From Oscillospiraceae bacterium (GTDB taxonomy: Bacteria > Bacillota > Clostridia > Oscillospirales > Oscillospiraceae): a stretch of DNA of 64,000 nucleotides. This document shows positions 1-9,232 of this stretch, one piece after another. Each line of letters starts with the position of its first letter. The stretch's first letter is position 1. Made by a program: the position numbers and the translations under genes. Where the stretch lies: NCBI GenBank assembly GCA_017561205.1, contig JAFZDL010000037.1, positions 3,490 to 67,489 of the forward strand, given 5' to 3'. The notes below the pieces were generated by a model. The model searched no databases. It saw nothing but the letters and a program-made list of their open reading frames with translations, and was not told where the DNA came from.

Positions 1-102
1 GGACCAGACGACCTTCTTCAGTTCGCTGCGAAGCTCACGGAAGTATCTGCAGATGCCGCCCCAGGTTCTTTTGAACCAGTTTGCTTTCTTTGCTTCTGCC
101 AT
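1..102 (-). CDS. secE: Preprotein translocase subunit SecE (partial, runs off window start)
   Basis: Manual translation MAEAKKANWFKRTWGGICRYFRELRSELKKVVW contains the SecE ELxKVxWP motif; GGAGG RBS; directly downstream of rpmG. Confidence 0.93.
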   Translation of the reverse strand, partial: MAEAKKANWFKRTWGGICRYFRELRSELKKVVWS

Positions 103-114
103 TTCGCTGCCTCC

Positions 115-264
115 TTACTTGGTCTCGTTGTGAATGGTGTGCTTTCTGCAGAATCTGCAGTACTTCTTCATTTCGAGACGGTCGGGATCGTTCTTCTTGT
201 TCTTCATAGTGTTGTAGTTTCTCTGCTTGCACTCGGAGCATCTCAAAGTGACTTTCACGCGCAT
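115..264 (-). CDS. rpmG: 50S ribosomal protein L33 (Zn-ribbon form)
   Basis: Manual translation [49 protein letters not shown] (49 aa, below the ORF-track cutoff); AAGGAGG RBS. Confidence 0.97.
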   Translation of the reverse strand: MRVKVTLRCSECKQRNYNTMKNKKNDPDRLEMKKYCRFCRKHTIHNETK

Positions 265-399
265 AACGGCACCTCCTTAAATTTGCCTCCCTGTATCACC
301 CCGGCTATATAAAGATTTAGTAAGCGGTCAACTACAAATAACCGCTCCGGAGCTGAAAAATGGGCACAAAAAATAAACCCTCTTTTCACAGGTAGATAC

Positions 400-428
400 A
401 TTCTAACACAGGGGTGTGTGAAAGTCAA
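400..428 (-). promoter_or_regulatory. SigA-type promoter for rpmG-secE
   Basis: TTGACT-17 nt-TAGAAT with extended -10 TG on the minus strand. Confidence 0.7.
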
Positions 429-501
429 CAATTTTTTTCTTTATTTTTTGTGTGTTTTGCTGTATAATGGGTGCAAAACGATAAATAAGGAGAAAAAGCA
501 A

Positions 502-918
502 ATGAAACGGATCATGGGAGTGGATTATGGTGATGCCAGAACCGGGATTGCAGTCTCTGATTTGCTCTGCAGCATTGTTGGCACTACCGCAGTGATCCAC
601 AGCAGAAACACAGAAAAAACCATAGCACAGATCTGCGCTATGGTAAAAGATTCTGATGTGGGGGAGATCGTTGTAGGACTTCCCAAGAATATGGATGGCT
701 CCGAGGGGCCTCGGGCTGAGTTGTGCCGTGCTTTTGCCGAACAGCTCAAAGAGGCAACCGGATTGACTGTGAATCTGTGGGATGAGCGCAGAACCACTGT
801 GGAGGCACATAATATCCTGTCGCAGCATAACTATCACGGTAAAAAGCGCAAAGACACCGTTGATGCAGTGGCAGCATCTTTAATTTTGGAAGGTTATTTG
901 GCATTTCGAGGCCGGTAA
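502..918 (+). CDS. ruvX: YqgF/RuvX family nuclease (pre-16S rRNA maturation / resolvase-like)
   Basis: IMGVDYGDARTGIAVSD, VVGLP, WDERRTT and VDAVAASLILEGYL motifs; AAGGAG RBS before ATG 502. Confidence 0.93.
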   Translation: MKRIMGVDYGDARTGIAVSDLLCSIVGTTAVIHSRNTEKTIAQICAMVKDSDVGEIVVGLPKNMDGSEGPRAELCRAFAEQLKEATGLTVNLWDERRTTVEAHNILSQHNYHGKKRKDTVDAVAASLILEGYLAFRGR

Positions 919-1262
919 AACAATTCCCGCAGTCCGGTGATGATTAAAATGCCACCAAAAAGTTTTTTTAGCAGATGGGTGTCTATATGTTTTCCGATAT
1001 AGGAAAACACTGCGGCAGCGATACAGGCGCAGATAATAGCCGGCAACACCTTGCGGATATCCACAGAACCCTGCTTTTTATGAAAAAGTGTAGCAATTAG
1101 CGCGGTGGGGAGGAAAAACAGCAGATTGACCGTCCTGGCAACAGCATAGTCCATATTCACAACGGAGGTGAGCCACAGCATCAAAAGGCTTCCGCCACCA
1201 ACTCCCAGGCCTGCCAAAAAGCCCAGTATGATGGCAATGGGAAAGGCGAGGTATTCTACCAT
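894..1262 (-). CDS. Half-size TauE/SafE family membrane protein
   Basis: GFLAGLGVGGGSLL motif with about 4 TM segments. Confidence 0.75.
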   Translation of the reverse strand: MVEYLAFPIAIILGFLAGLGVGGGSLLMLWLTSVVNMDYAVARTVNLLFFLPTALIATLFHKKQGSVDIRKVLPAIICACIAAAVFSYIGKHIDTHLLKKLFGGILIITGLRELFYRPRNAK

Positions 1263-1606
1263 AAAAAACGAATCCCTCCCCAGAGGATGATACCGCCAAG
1301 AAATCGGTGAAGCCATACAGATGGAATTTTTCTGCCCCAAAGTCCTACGGCTACACCGCCCACAGCGCTGCCGAGCAAGTAGGGGAGCAGCTCAATAAAG
1401 GATAACTGCCATTTTCCTGAGATCAACAGGGAAGTGACGCACACCGGCGTAATGATGGCAATGGATGCGGGAAATTGCTCATTTTCAGATAGACCGACCT
1501 TTTTTCCGAGCATCGGTACCAGCACCAGGCCGCCACCGGCGCCGAACAAGCCGTTCACTGCTCCGGCAGCAGCCCCGGCTATGGACAAGATAATTCTTTT
1601 AGACAT
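1256..1606 (-). CDS. Half-size TauE/SafE family membrane protein
   Basis: AGAVNGLFGAGGGLVLVP motif, about 4 TM segments, AAGGAGG RBS. Confidence 0.78.
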   Translation of the reverse strand: MSKRIILSIAGAAAGAVNGLFGAGGGLVLVPMLGKKVGLSENEQFPASIAIITPVCVTSLLISGKWQLSFIELLPYLLGSAVGGVAVGLWGRKIPSVWLHRFLGGIILWGGIRFLW

Positions 1607-1673
1607 AAAATCGCCTCCTTTGGACAGTTTTTCCAAAGGAGGCATTATATATACCCTTTGTGAATGCCGATAC

Positions 1674-1710
1674 CAAAAAGAGCACCACCCGTTAGGTAGT
1701 GCTCTTTTTG
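1674..1710 (-). terminator. Intrinsic terminator after tRNA-Ala
   Basis: caaaaagagcac...gtgctctttttg inverted repeat abutting the tRNA CCA end. Confidence 0.7.
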
Positions 1711-1784
1711 GTGGACTCGAGGAGATTCGAACTCCCGACCCCCACAATGCGAATGTGGTGCGCTCCCAGCTGCGCTACGAGCCC
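1709..1784 (-). tRNA. tRNA-Ala (anticodon CGC)
   Basis: Reverse complement GGGCTCGTAGCGCAGCTGGGAGCGCACCACATTCGCATTGTGGGGGTCGGGAGTTCGAATCTCCTCGAGTCCACCA: cloverleaf, TTCGA T-loop, G3:U70 Ala determinant, encoded CCA. Confidence 0.97.
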
Positions 1785-1801
1785 ATAGTCTACATTACAA
1801 A

Positions 1802-1831
1802 ATTATAGTGGCATACCCCCCTGTTTGTCAA
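1802..1831 (-). promoter_or_regulatory. SigA promoter of tRNA-Ala
   Basis: Consensus TTGACA-18 nt-TATAAT on the minus strand. Confidence 0.75.
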
Positions 1832-1902
1832 ATATTTTTAGCTATTTTCTTTTTTTAGAAATTATGTTATACTGTATGTAATATTAACAAAGGGGTGTTT
1901 TT

Positions 1903-3855
1903 GTGGATATTTTAGAAGCCCGCGAGGAATATCTGAAAGCCCGGCGTTTAGCCCAAAAAGAGATAAAGGAACTGAGCCTGCAGGGGAAGGACACTGCGCC
2001 TGCCGTATTGGATGCTATTCTTGGGGAGAATTATGCAGTTAGCGCTCAGGAAATTGGCATTGTCAATATTCCTGTTGAACGGATCGTCGGCACGAAAACT
2101 GCCGGCCGTATTGGAGCGTTTTCACCCGGTTTTATGCCTATTTTGACTGAGGAAACAGAGTTTGCACAGAAATGGATGCACCTGTGTGTTGCGCACATGT
2201 CCGACGAGGGTATTCGCAATCCGGTGCTTTGTTATGAATACTTGGGTAATTTCTACATCCAGGAGGGCAATAAGCGGGTAAGCGTACTAAAGTACTTTGG
2301 CGCATCTCAGATTCCGGCAACGGTTCTTCGCATTTTGCCGGAACAGAGCGAGGAACCCCACATTAAAGCTTATCTTGAGTTCTTGGAGTTTTATAAGGTA
2401 GCAGGTCTTTACGATGTGCGTTTTCGCCGCCCTGGTGATTATGAAAAGCTGGTTTCCTTCCTTGGTAAAGACTTAAACCAACAATGGACAGAGCAGGAAC
2501 AAAGAACATTTCGTGCTTATTTCCGTTATTTTAAGGAGGCCTATCAAACCTTGCGTGGCGATAAGCTGGATCTGTTGCCGGAAGAGGCACTGCTTTTGTG
2601 GCTGAAGGTCTATCCTTTCCGGGATTTGGGTGAAAAAACTGCTGACGAAATCAAGCAGGCGCTTTCCGCCCTTTGGAATGATGTTGTTACCCTTTCCCAG
2701 GATGAGCCTGTTCAAGTGGATACTGAAGCAGATGAAGCCAAGGGCAACCTGTTAAACAAGCTTAGGAATGTGTTACCCAGCAGTTTGAAAGTAGCTTTTG
2801 TCTATCAGCTGAACCTGGAAACAAGCGCATGGGCGCAAGGGCATTATAATGGCGCATTATATATGCAAAAGGTGCTTTCTGATCGGGTTTCTATTTCCCA
2901 TTATTTCAATGCGGACTCCCCCGAGGAGGCGGAAAAACTGCTGGAACAGGCTGTATTGGATGGTGCGGATGTTGTCTTTGCCACAACACCAAAACTGAGC
3001 CGTCCTACATTGAAAATGTCTGTAAAATATCCCCGCGTACGCTTTCTCAACTGCTCTGTAGATGCGCCTTATTCCAGTGTGCGTACCTACTACAGCCGTG
3101 TGTATGAGGGAAAGTTTATTACAGGTGCGATTGCCGGTGCGATGGCCAATAACGATTTGATTGGCTACATTGGCTCTAATCCTATTTTAGGCGTACCGGC
3201 ATCTATCAACGCCTTTGCTCTTGGCGCTCAGTTGACAAACCCCAGGGCGAAGATTGTACTGCGGTGGTCCTGTATGGGCGGCGATCCGGTGAAAGAGTTT
3301 GTCGACAGCGGAATCTATGTGATCTCTAACCGCGACGTTCCTACTGCAGACAAGAAATACTTGGAATTTGGCACCTTTGGAACCTATATGGTTGAAGATG
3401 GTGTTTTGTATCCTCTTGGCTCTCCTGTTTGGGAATGGGGTCATTTCTATGAGAATGTTATTCGCGCAATTTTCCTTGGGAACTGGGATAAGGGTCATAA
3501 TAACCGTCGTGCAGTAAATTTCTGGTGGGGAATCTCCGGCGGCGTTATCGATGTAAAGCTTGCTGATACTTTACCGGAAGGTTTGCTGTGTCTTTCCAAT
3601 TTATTACGTGATGGTTTGCGTGACGGTACACTTGATCCATTCCGTAGAAAATTGGTTGCGCAGGACGGCCGTATTATAAACGATGGTACCCGCACCTTGT
3701 CTGCTGAGGAATTACTCCATATGGATTGGCTTTGTGAGAATATCGACGGATGCATTCCCACATTTGATGAGATCGCGCCATTCGCTAAGGATATTGTGCG
3801 GGAACTGGGCATTTACAGGGACTCAATTCCTATGGAAAAGGAGGGATCGCTGTGA
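1903..3855 (+). CDS. Cytoplasmic protein with an N-terminal ParB/Srx-like domain and a C-terminal BMP (PnrA-like) ligand-binding domain
   Basis: IPVERIVG...FYIQEGNKRVSVLK is ParB-like; YEGKFITGAIAGAM, INAFALGAQLTNP and WEWGHFY are BMP-like; no signal peptide or lipobox. Confidence 0.78.
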   Translation: MDILEAREEYLKARRLAQKEIKELSLQGKDTAPAVLDAILGENYAVSAQEIGIVNIPVERIVGTKTAGRIGAFSPGFMPILTEETEFAQKWMHLCVAHMSDEGIRNPVLCYEYLGNFYIQEGNKRVSVLKYFGASQIPATVLRILPEQSEEPHIKAYLEFLEFYKVAGLYDVRFRRPGDYEKLVSFLGKDLNQQWTEQEQRTFRAYFRYFKEAYQTLRGDKLDLLPEEALLLWLKVYPFRDLGEKTADEIKQALSALWNDVVTLSQDEPVQVDTEADEAKGNLLNKLRNVLPSSLKVAFVYQLNLETSAWAQGHYNGALYMQKVLSDRVSISHYFNADSPEEAEKLLEQAVLDGADVVFATTPKLSRPTLKMSVKYPRVRFLNCSVDAPYSSVRTYYSRVYEGKFITGAIAGAMANNDLIGYIGSNPILGVPASINAFALGAQLTNPRAKIVLRWSCMGGDPVKEFVDSGIYVISNRDVPTADKKYLEFGTFGTYMVEDGVLYPLGSPVWEWGHFYENVIRAIFLGNWDKGHNNRRAVNFWWGISGGVIDVKLADTLPEGLLCLSNLLRDGLRDGTLDPFRRKLVAQDGRIINDGTRTLSAEELLHMDWLCENIDGCIPTFDEIAPFAKDIVRELGIYRDSIPMEKEGSL

Positions 3856-4505
3856 AGATATTAACTGTGTCTGACGAGGTTTGCAAAGGCCTTTACGACT
3901 ATTATACACCGGGCAAATTGGACGGCTATGATTTGATTATCTCCTGCGGCGATCTGAAACCCCAGTACCTTTCCTTTTTAGTCACGATGACGCACGTACC
4001 GCTTTTATATGTACACGGCAATCATGACGGTCGATATGAAAAAACACCCCCGGAGGGGTGCGATTGCATTGAGGACAAGTTGATTGTCTACAAAGGTCTG
4101 CGAATTTTAGGACTTGGCGGCAGTCAGCTGTACAGTGGTGACCCACACCAATATACAGAATCTGAAATGCGTTGGAGGATTTTAAAGCTATGGTGGAAGA
4201 TCCGAAAACATAAAGGTGTGGATGTTGTGGTTTCTCACGCAGCGCCTGCCGGTGTGGGAGATGCAGATGACTATGCGCATAGAGGATTCCATGAATTTTT
4301 GAAATTCATTGATCGTTACCACCCAAAATATTGGATCCACGGTCATGTTCATATGAATTACGGCGTGGATATGGTCAGAGTCAACGAGTACAACGGCACG
4401 AAGGTTATCAATGCATATGAACGATATGTGCTAGATATCCCGGATGAGGAAATTAAAGTTACTAAGAAAAAAGGCGATATTGACTACGGCCATTATTCCA
4501 AGTAA
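3852..4505 (+). CDS. Calcineurin-like metallophosphoesterase
   Basis: SD, SCGDL, HGNHD, SH and HGHVH motifs; 4-nt overlap with the upstream gene. Confidence 0.9.
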   Translation: MKILTVSDEVCKGLYDYYTPGKLDGYDLIISCGDLKPQYLSFLVTMTHVPLLYVHGNHDGRYEKTPPEGCDCIEDKLIVYKGLRILGLGGSQLYSGDPHQYTESEMRWRILKLWWKIRKHKGVDVVVSHAAPAGVGDADDYAHRGFHEFLKFIDRYHPKYWIHGHVHMNYGVDMVRVNEYNGTKVINAYERYVLDIPDEEIKVTKKKGDIDYGHYSK

Positions 4506-4538
4506 AATAAGCATCAAATTGCTGCAAAGGAGATAACT

Positions 4539-5840
4539 ATGGTTCGCTATTTAAATTCCGATATTTGCGAATGTGGAAAAGTGCATACCATTGCGGTTGA
4601 TGAAGTGATAATTGGCAGCGGTGCGATCAAAAGGCTGCCGGAAATTTTGAAAAGATATAATGCTGTAAAACCTTTTCTGCTTGCAGATTGCAAAACTTTT
4701 GCCGCAGCAAGTGAGATAGTTTGTAAACAACTTATAAATTACAGCAAGTATGTTTTTGAACTGGATTGTCTGGAACCGGATGAACGAGCTGTAGGCTCTG
4801 CTGTGATGCACTTTGATAATTCCTGTGATATAATTATCGGAATTGGCTCCGGTGTTATCAATGATATTGGTAAAATTCTAAGCAATATTACCGGCAGAAA
4901 ATACATTATTGTAGCAACAGCTCCCTCTATGGATGGCTATGCCTCTGCTACTTCTTCAATGTCCATGGACGGACTTAAAGTGTCCCTAAATAGCCGCTGC
5001 GCAGATGTTATTATCGGTGATACGGATATTTTGAAATGTGCGCCGTTGTATATGCTGAAGGCTGGTTTAGGTGACATGCTTGCCAAATATGTAAGTATCG
5101 CTGAGTGGCGTATTGCCCATATTATTACCGGTGAATATTACTGCGAACAGGTAGCGCATCTGATCCGAAATGCATTAAAAAAATGTGTGGATAATGCGAC
5201 CGGTCTTCTTCAGCGGGATGTAAAAGCTGTGGAAGCGGTGTTCGAAGGTCTGGTAATTGGCGGTGTGGCGATGGCTTATGCAGGCGTGTCCAGACCGGCA
5301 TCCGGTGTTGAGCACTATTTCTCCCATATTTGGGATATGCGTGGCCTGGAATTTGGCACACAGGTAGATTTGCATGGCATCCAATGTGCCGTAGCAACAC
5401 TACAGTCCGTCAAACTATATGAATTCATAAAAAAAATAAAGCCTAATGCCGAAAAGGCAAAGGCTTATGTTGACAGGTTTTGCTACGAAGTCTGGAAAGA
5501 ACAGTTGCGGAATTTCCTTGGCAACAGTGCCGAAACGATGATTGCACAAGAGAGCAGGGAAAGAAAGTACAACAAAGAATCGCACCCGGCTCGGTTTGCG
5601 AGAATTGCTGAGAATTGGGATGCAATTGTTGACATTCTCAATGAGGAGTTGCCAACGAGTACGGAATTGAAAAGGATTTTGCAAACCATCGGTATTTCTG
5701 CTGATCTGCAGGACTTAGGGGTTGACAGTGATACAGCAAAACTGACATTCCAAGCTACCAAGGATATCCGTGACAAGTATGTGTTGTCACGGCTTGCCTG
5801 GGATCTTGGTGTTATGGATGAGCTTTGCGCGCTGTTGTAA
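4539..5840 (+). CDS. sn-glycerol-1-phosphate dehydrogenase (AraM/EgsA family)
   Basis: GIGSGVINDIGK, TAPSMDGYAS, SRPASGVEH and LHGIQ motifs. Confidence 0.88.
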   Translation: MVRYLNSDICECGKVHTIAVDEVIIGSGAIKRLPEILKRYNAVKPFLLADCKTFAAASEIVCKQLINYSKYVFELDCLEPDERAVGSAVMHFDNSCDIIIGIGSGVINDIGKILSNITGRKYIIVATAPSMDGYASATSSMSMDGLKVSLNSRCADVIIGDTDILKCAPLYMLKAGLGDMLAKYVSIAEWRIAHIITGEYYCEQVAHLIRNALKKCVDNATGLLQRDVKAVEAVFEGLVIGGVAMAYAGVSRPASGVEHYFSHIWDMRGLEFGTQVDLHGIQCAVATLQSVKLYEFIKKIKPNAEKAKAYVDRFCYEVWKEQLRNFLGNSAETMIAQESRERKYNKESHPARFARIAENWDAIVDILNEELPTSTELKRILQTIGISADLQDLGVDSDTAKLTFQATKDIRDKYVLSRLAWDLGVMDELCALL

Positions 5841-5849
5841 GGTGAATAT

Positions 5850-6665
5850 ATGGATAAGAATAAACTGATTCAAAAAAACCGTCTGTTCCTCTTTGATATG
5901 GACGGAACCCTTTATTTGGGAAGTCAACTTTACGACTTTACCATTGATTTGCTGGAAACCATTAAGAATACAGGTCGTCGCTACCTGTTTATGACCAATA
6001 ATTCTTCTAAAAGCGTAGCAGACTACATTAAAAAACTGGAGAAATTGGGCATTATTGCTACCCGTGAGGATTTTATCACATCCTCTCAGGCAACGGCTTA
6101 CTACCTGAAGGAAAACTATCCCAACCACAGACTTTATGTTTGTGGCACGAAATCACTTAAAAAAGAGTTGGAAACAGAGGGTTTTACTGTAACCGAAAAG
6201 CTTGACGAGGTTGACTGCATCGTAATGGGTTTTGATACAGAGCTAACGTTCCAAAAACTCGAAGATGTGAGTCGTATGCTTTTGACCCGTGAGAACCTTC
6301 CTTACATTGCCACTAACCCGGATTACGTTTGTCCAACGGAATTTGGTAGTGTGCCTGATTGTGGCAGTGTTTGCGATATGATTTTCAATGCTACCGGCAA
6401 AAGACCTGTTGTAATTGGTAAACCCAGTCCCCTAATGCCGGAGTTAGCAATGAGTAAATACGGTTACAGCAAGGAAGAAACTGTAGTGGTAGGTGACCGG
6501 ATCTATACGGATATTAAATCCGGTCTCAATGCCGGTATCACCGGTATTTTGGTGTTAAGCGGTGAAACGACCCGTGAAATCCTTGCAGAATCTGAAGATA
6601 AGCCTCATTTGGTTTTGGAGGATGCTTCTGAAATTCTGCAGGCATTAAAAATGAATGAGGAATAG
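5850..6665 (+). CDS. HAD-IIA family phosphatase (NagD/AraL-like)
   Basis: DMDGTL, TNN, GKP and GDRIYTDI motifs. Confidence 0.9.
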   Translation: MDKNKLIQKNRLFLFDMDGTLYLGSQLYDFTIDLLETIKNTGRRYLFMTNNSSKSVADYIKKLEKLGIIATREDFITSSQATAYYLKENYPNHRLYVCGTKSLKKELETEGFTVTEKLDEVDCIVMGFDTELTFQKLEDVSRMLLTRENLPYIATNPDYVCPTEFGSVPDCGSVCDMIFNATGKRPVVIGKPSPLMPELAMSKYGYSKEETVVVGDRIYTDIKSGLNAGITGILVLSGETTREILAESEDKPHLVLEDASEILQALKMNEE

Positions 6666-6667
6666 AT

Positions 6668-7378
6668 ATGAAAAAACTTTTTTCTGCATTATCTTGCCTA
6701 CTGTTGGCACTGATCGCATTTTGTCCTGTGATATCTTTGATCTGCACTGCTTTTGGTTATAAATTTACATTGGTAAATCCCAGTGTGTTTGCAATTGCTA
6801 TTTTTGTTTTAACTGCAATAACCGTGCTGGTGAGTATTTTTTATAAGGAAGTTTTGGAGAACAAAGTTATTTGTACTGTAGTTTCTGCACTTACGCCGAT
6901 GGCTCTTATCAACACTGGCTTTTATGTCCGATCTTGCGGAATCCTTTGGATCCTTGCCAGTGTGCTGATTTGTGTAGGTTGTGGATATCTTACGATCCGT
7001 CACGGTAGTCCTCTTAATGTGCGGACCGGTGCGCTTGTGCTGTCAGCGGGTCTGCTTTTGCCTATGGCGCTGATTTGCTTTGTGTTGTCTGTTGCCGGCA
7101 AGACCCAGAACTATAACATTTTAGATACTGTAGATTCACCCACCGGTGCATACTATGCCGAAATTATTGATAACAACCAGGGTGAAAAGGGTGGCACTAA
7201 AATGGTGCACATTTATCCAGAAAAAGATATTGATACAGATGTTTTTCAAATTAGAAAAAAACGCATAATAATCTACGAAGAATTTTATAAAGCAAACGAG
7301 GCAGATAAGGTGGAAGTTGTGGTTCAGTGGAAGGACGACAATCATCTTGTGATCAACGGTAAAAATTATAGTTTCTAA
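6668..7378 (+). CDS. Membrane protein with about 5 N-terminal TM segments and an extracellular DUF5412-like domain
   Basis: Hydrophobic N-terminal half; SPTGAYYAE...GEKGG...WKDDNHLVING C-terminus. Confidence 0.6.
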   Translation: MKKLFSALSCLLLALIAFCPVISLICTAFGYKFTLVNPSVFAIAIFVLTAITVLVSIFYKEVLENKVICTVVSALTPMALINTGFYVRSCGILWILASVLICVGCGYLTIRHGSPLNVRTGALVLSAGLLLPMALICFVLSVAGKTQNYNILDTVDSPTGAYYAEIIDNNQGEKGGTKMVHIYPEKDIDTDVFQIRKKRIIIYEEFYKANEADKVEVVVQWKDDNHLVINGKNYSF

Positions 7379-7379
7379 C

Positions 7380-7414
7380 GAAAAGGAGCAGAACTTATGT
7401 TCTGCTCCTTTTTC
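7380..7414. terminator. Bidirectional intrinsic terminator
   Basis: aaaaggagcagaac-ttat-gttctgctcctttt between convergent genes. Confidence 0.85.
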
Positions 7415-7415
7415 A

Positions 7416-7952
7416 TTACGGTAAATTAACGATGGTGGGTGTGTGCTCTATAGCCGGAACGATTTTCTCTGTTAAGTCCTTAGTTTTAACACGGAGGGTG
7501 GTCGTATTGATACAGGGATGGAAACCGATAAATTCTCCGTCAAGAATTGGAGCATCGATTACAAGCTTTACGCGGAAATCCATATCATTCATCAAACCCA
7601 TCACGCTCAGTGAACCGGGGGTGATATCCAAAAATTCTTCCATTGTTTCACCGGAGGCAAAGGAAAGTCGGGAAACACCCAGCTGCGCAGATAACTCTTT
7701 GGTTTGGAAAACCTTATCACCGGGCATAAGCAGCAGATAAAAATCCGTTTTCTGCCGATTGCACAGGAGAAGATTCTTGCAGGTAGCGGCTTGCAATACC
7801 CGATCTATTTCCACACAGGCTTCCATAGTCATAGCTGCTTGGTGATCAACACGGTGGTATTCAATATTCAGCCTATCCAACAAATCATAAACCCGGATCT
7901 CCTTTGCAAGCCTGTCATTTGCATTCTCCGGGCGGCCCTTAAACAGTTCCAT
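7416..7952 (-). CDS. Prolyl-tRNA editing protein (ProXp-ala/PrdX, YbaK superfamily)
   Basis: KNLLLCNRQKT, SRLSFA, PGSLSVMGL and FHPCINT motifs. Confidence 0.85.
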   Translation of the reverse strand: MELFKGRPENANDRLAKEIRVYDLLDRLNIEYHRVDHQAAMTMEACVEIDRVLQAATCKNLLLCNRQKTDFYLLLMPGDKVFQTKELSAQLGVSRLSFASGETMEEFLDITPGSLSVMGLMNDMDFRVKLVIDAPILDGEFIGFHPCINTTTLRVKTKDLTEKIVPAIEHTPTIVNLP

Positions 7953-8117
7953 AGCATATACCTCGTTTCAGCAATTTTTCTAAGTATAGCATAGCTGTTG
8001 CAAAATGCCAATATGTAATAAATAATCTTGCAATATGAGAAAGAATTTACTATAATGATAGTATTGTTTTGAAAAATTTGCGTCGATCCAATATTGCAAA
8101 ATAAGGATGGTGTAGTT

Positions 8118-9218
8118 ATGAAAGTAACGCTGGAACACACAACAAAAAAATTCCCCGGTTTTAACAGAAAACAGACCGATGTGGTGGCTGTGAATGATGT
8201 TAACTTAGAAATTCCGGACGGCCTCTTGGTAGGTTTACTTGGCCCATCCGGTTGCGGTAAGAGTACTACCTTAAATCTTCTCAGCGGTCTGCTGAAGCCC
8301 TCTTCGGGCAAGATTTTCTTTGGCGAGGATGATGTTACAAATTTACCGCCGGAGAACAGGGGAGTGGGTCTTGTTTTTCAAAACTATGCGCTCTATCCCC
8401 ATTTAACAGTACTTCAGAATATTATCTTCCCACTGCAGAACTTGAAGGGAAAAGATAAGCTGACCAAGACCCAAATGAAAGATAAGGCTATGGAGGTAGC
8501 CAAGCTGGTGCAGTTGCAAGGCCTTATGGACAGAAAGCCCAGTGAACTTTCCGGTGGCCAACAGCAGCGCGTTGCCATTGCCAGAGCGCTTGTAAAAATG
8601 CCTCGCATTTTGTTGCTTGATGAACCCCTTTCTAATTTGGACGCACGTTTGCGTTTGCAGACTCGGGAGGAGATCCGTCGTATTCAAAGGCAGACAGGTA
8701 TTACCACTGTGTTCGTTACACACGACCAAGAGGAGGCTATGAGTATTTCTGATTTGATCGTGGTTATGAAGGATGGTGTGATCAATCAGGTAGGTAAACC
8801 TCAGGACGTATATGACGACCCTGCGGATCTGTTTGTGGCGAAGTTCCTGGGTACGCCCCCTGTGAATGTGTTCCGGGGTCGGGTTGAGAAGGGGCAGCTT
8901 TACATTGGAGATGAAAATGTATTGCGTACTCCCGGCGTTACTGATCAGGAAGTCTTTGTGACTATTCGACCCGAAGGTTTTGAACTGAATGAGAACGGGG
9001 CATTGTCCTGTGATTTGCACCGTGTTGAGGTAATGGGCCGGGATGTAAGCGTAGTGTGCAGCCATGCTGATTGCGAAAACACCGCTATTCGTGCCATTAT
9101 CAGTGCTGACAACCCTGTTAATATGGCTGATTCTAAGGTCCGCTTTGATCTTAAAGCCAATAAGGTGCATATTTTCGATATTGAGACCCAGCAGCGGATT
9201 GCGTTTGAGACGCTATAA
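8118..9218 (+). CDS. CUT1-type ABC transporter ATP-binding protein
   Basis: GPSGCGKST, VFQNYALYPH, LSGGQQQR and LLLDEPLSNLD motifs. Confidence 0.93.
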   Translation: MKVTLEHTTKKFPGFNRKQTDVVAVNDVNLEIPDGLLVGLLGPSGCGKSTTLNLLSGLLKPSSGKIFFGEDDVTNLPPENRGVGLVFQNYALYPHLTVLQNIIFPLQNLKGKDKLTKTQMKDKAMEVAKLVQLQGLMDRKPSELSGGQQQRVAIARALVKMPRILLLDEPLSNLDARLRLQTREEIRRIQRQTGITTVFVTHDQEEAMSISDLIVVMKDGVINQVGKPQDVYDDPADLFVAKFLGTPPVNVFRGRVEKGQLYIGDENVLRTPGVTDQEVFVTIRPEGFELNENGALSCDLHRVEVMGRDVSVVCSHADCENTAIRAIISADNPVNMADSKVRFDLKANKVHIFDIETQQRIAFETL

Positions 9219-9232
9219 TAGGGGAGTGTGCC

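Noticed and set aside
35-241. 68-aa minus-strand ORF in the track
   Set aside because: Alternative frame over the real rpmG and secE genes
1674-1903. tRNA-Ala as an integration site for a genomic island
   Set aside because: No duplicated tRNA 3' end and no integrase nearby
8403-9170. 255-aa antisense ORF over the ABC ATPase
   Set aside because: Typical antisense shadow of an ABC ATPase gene
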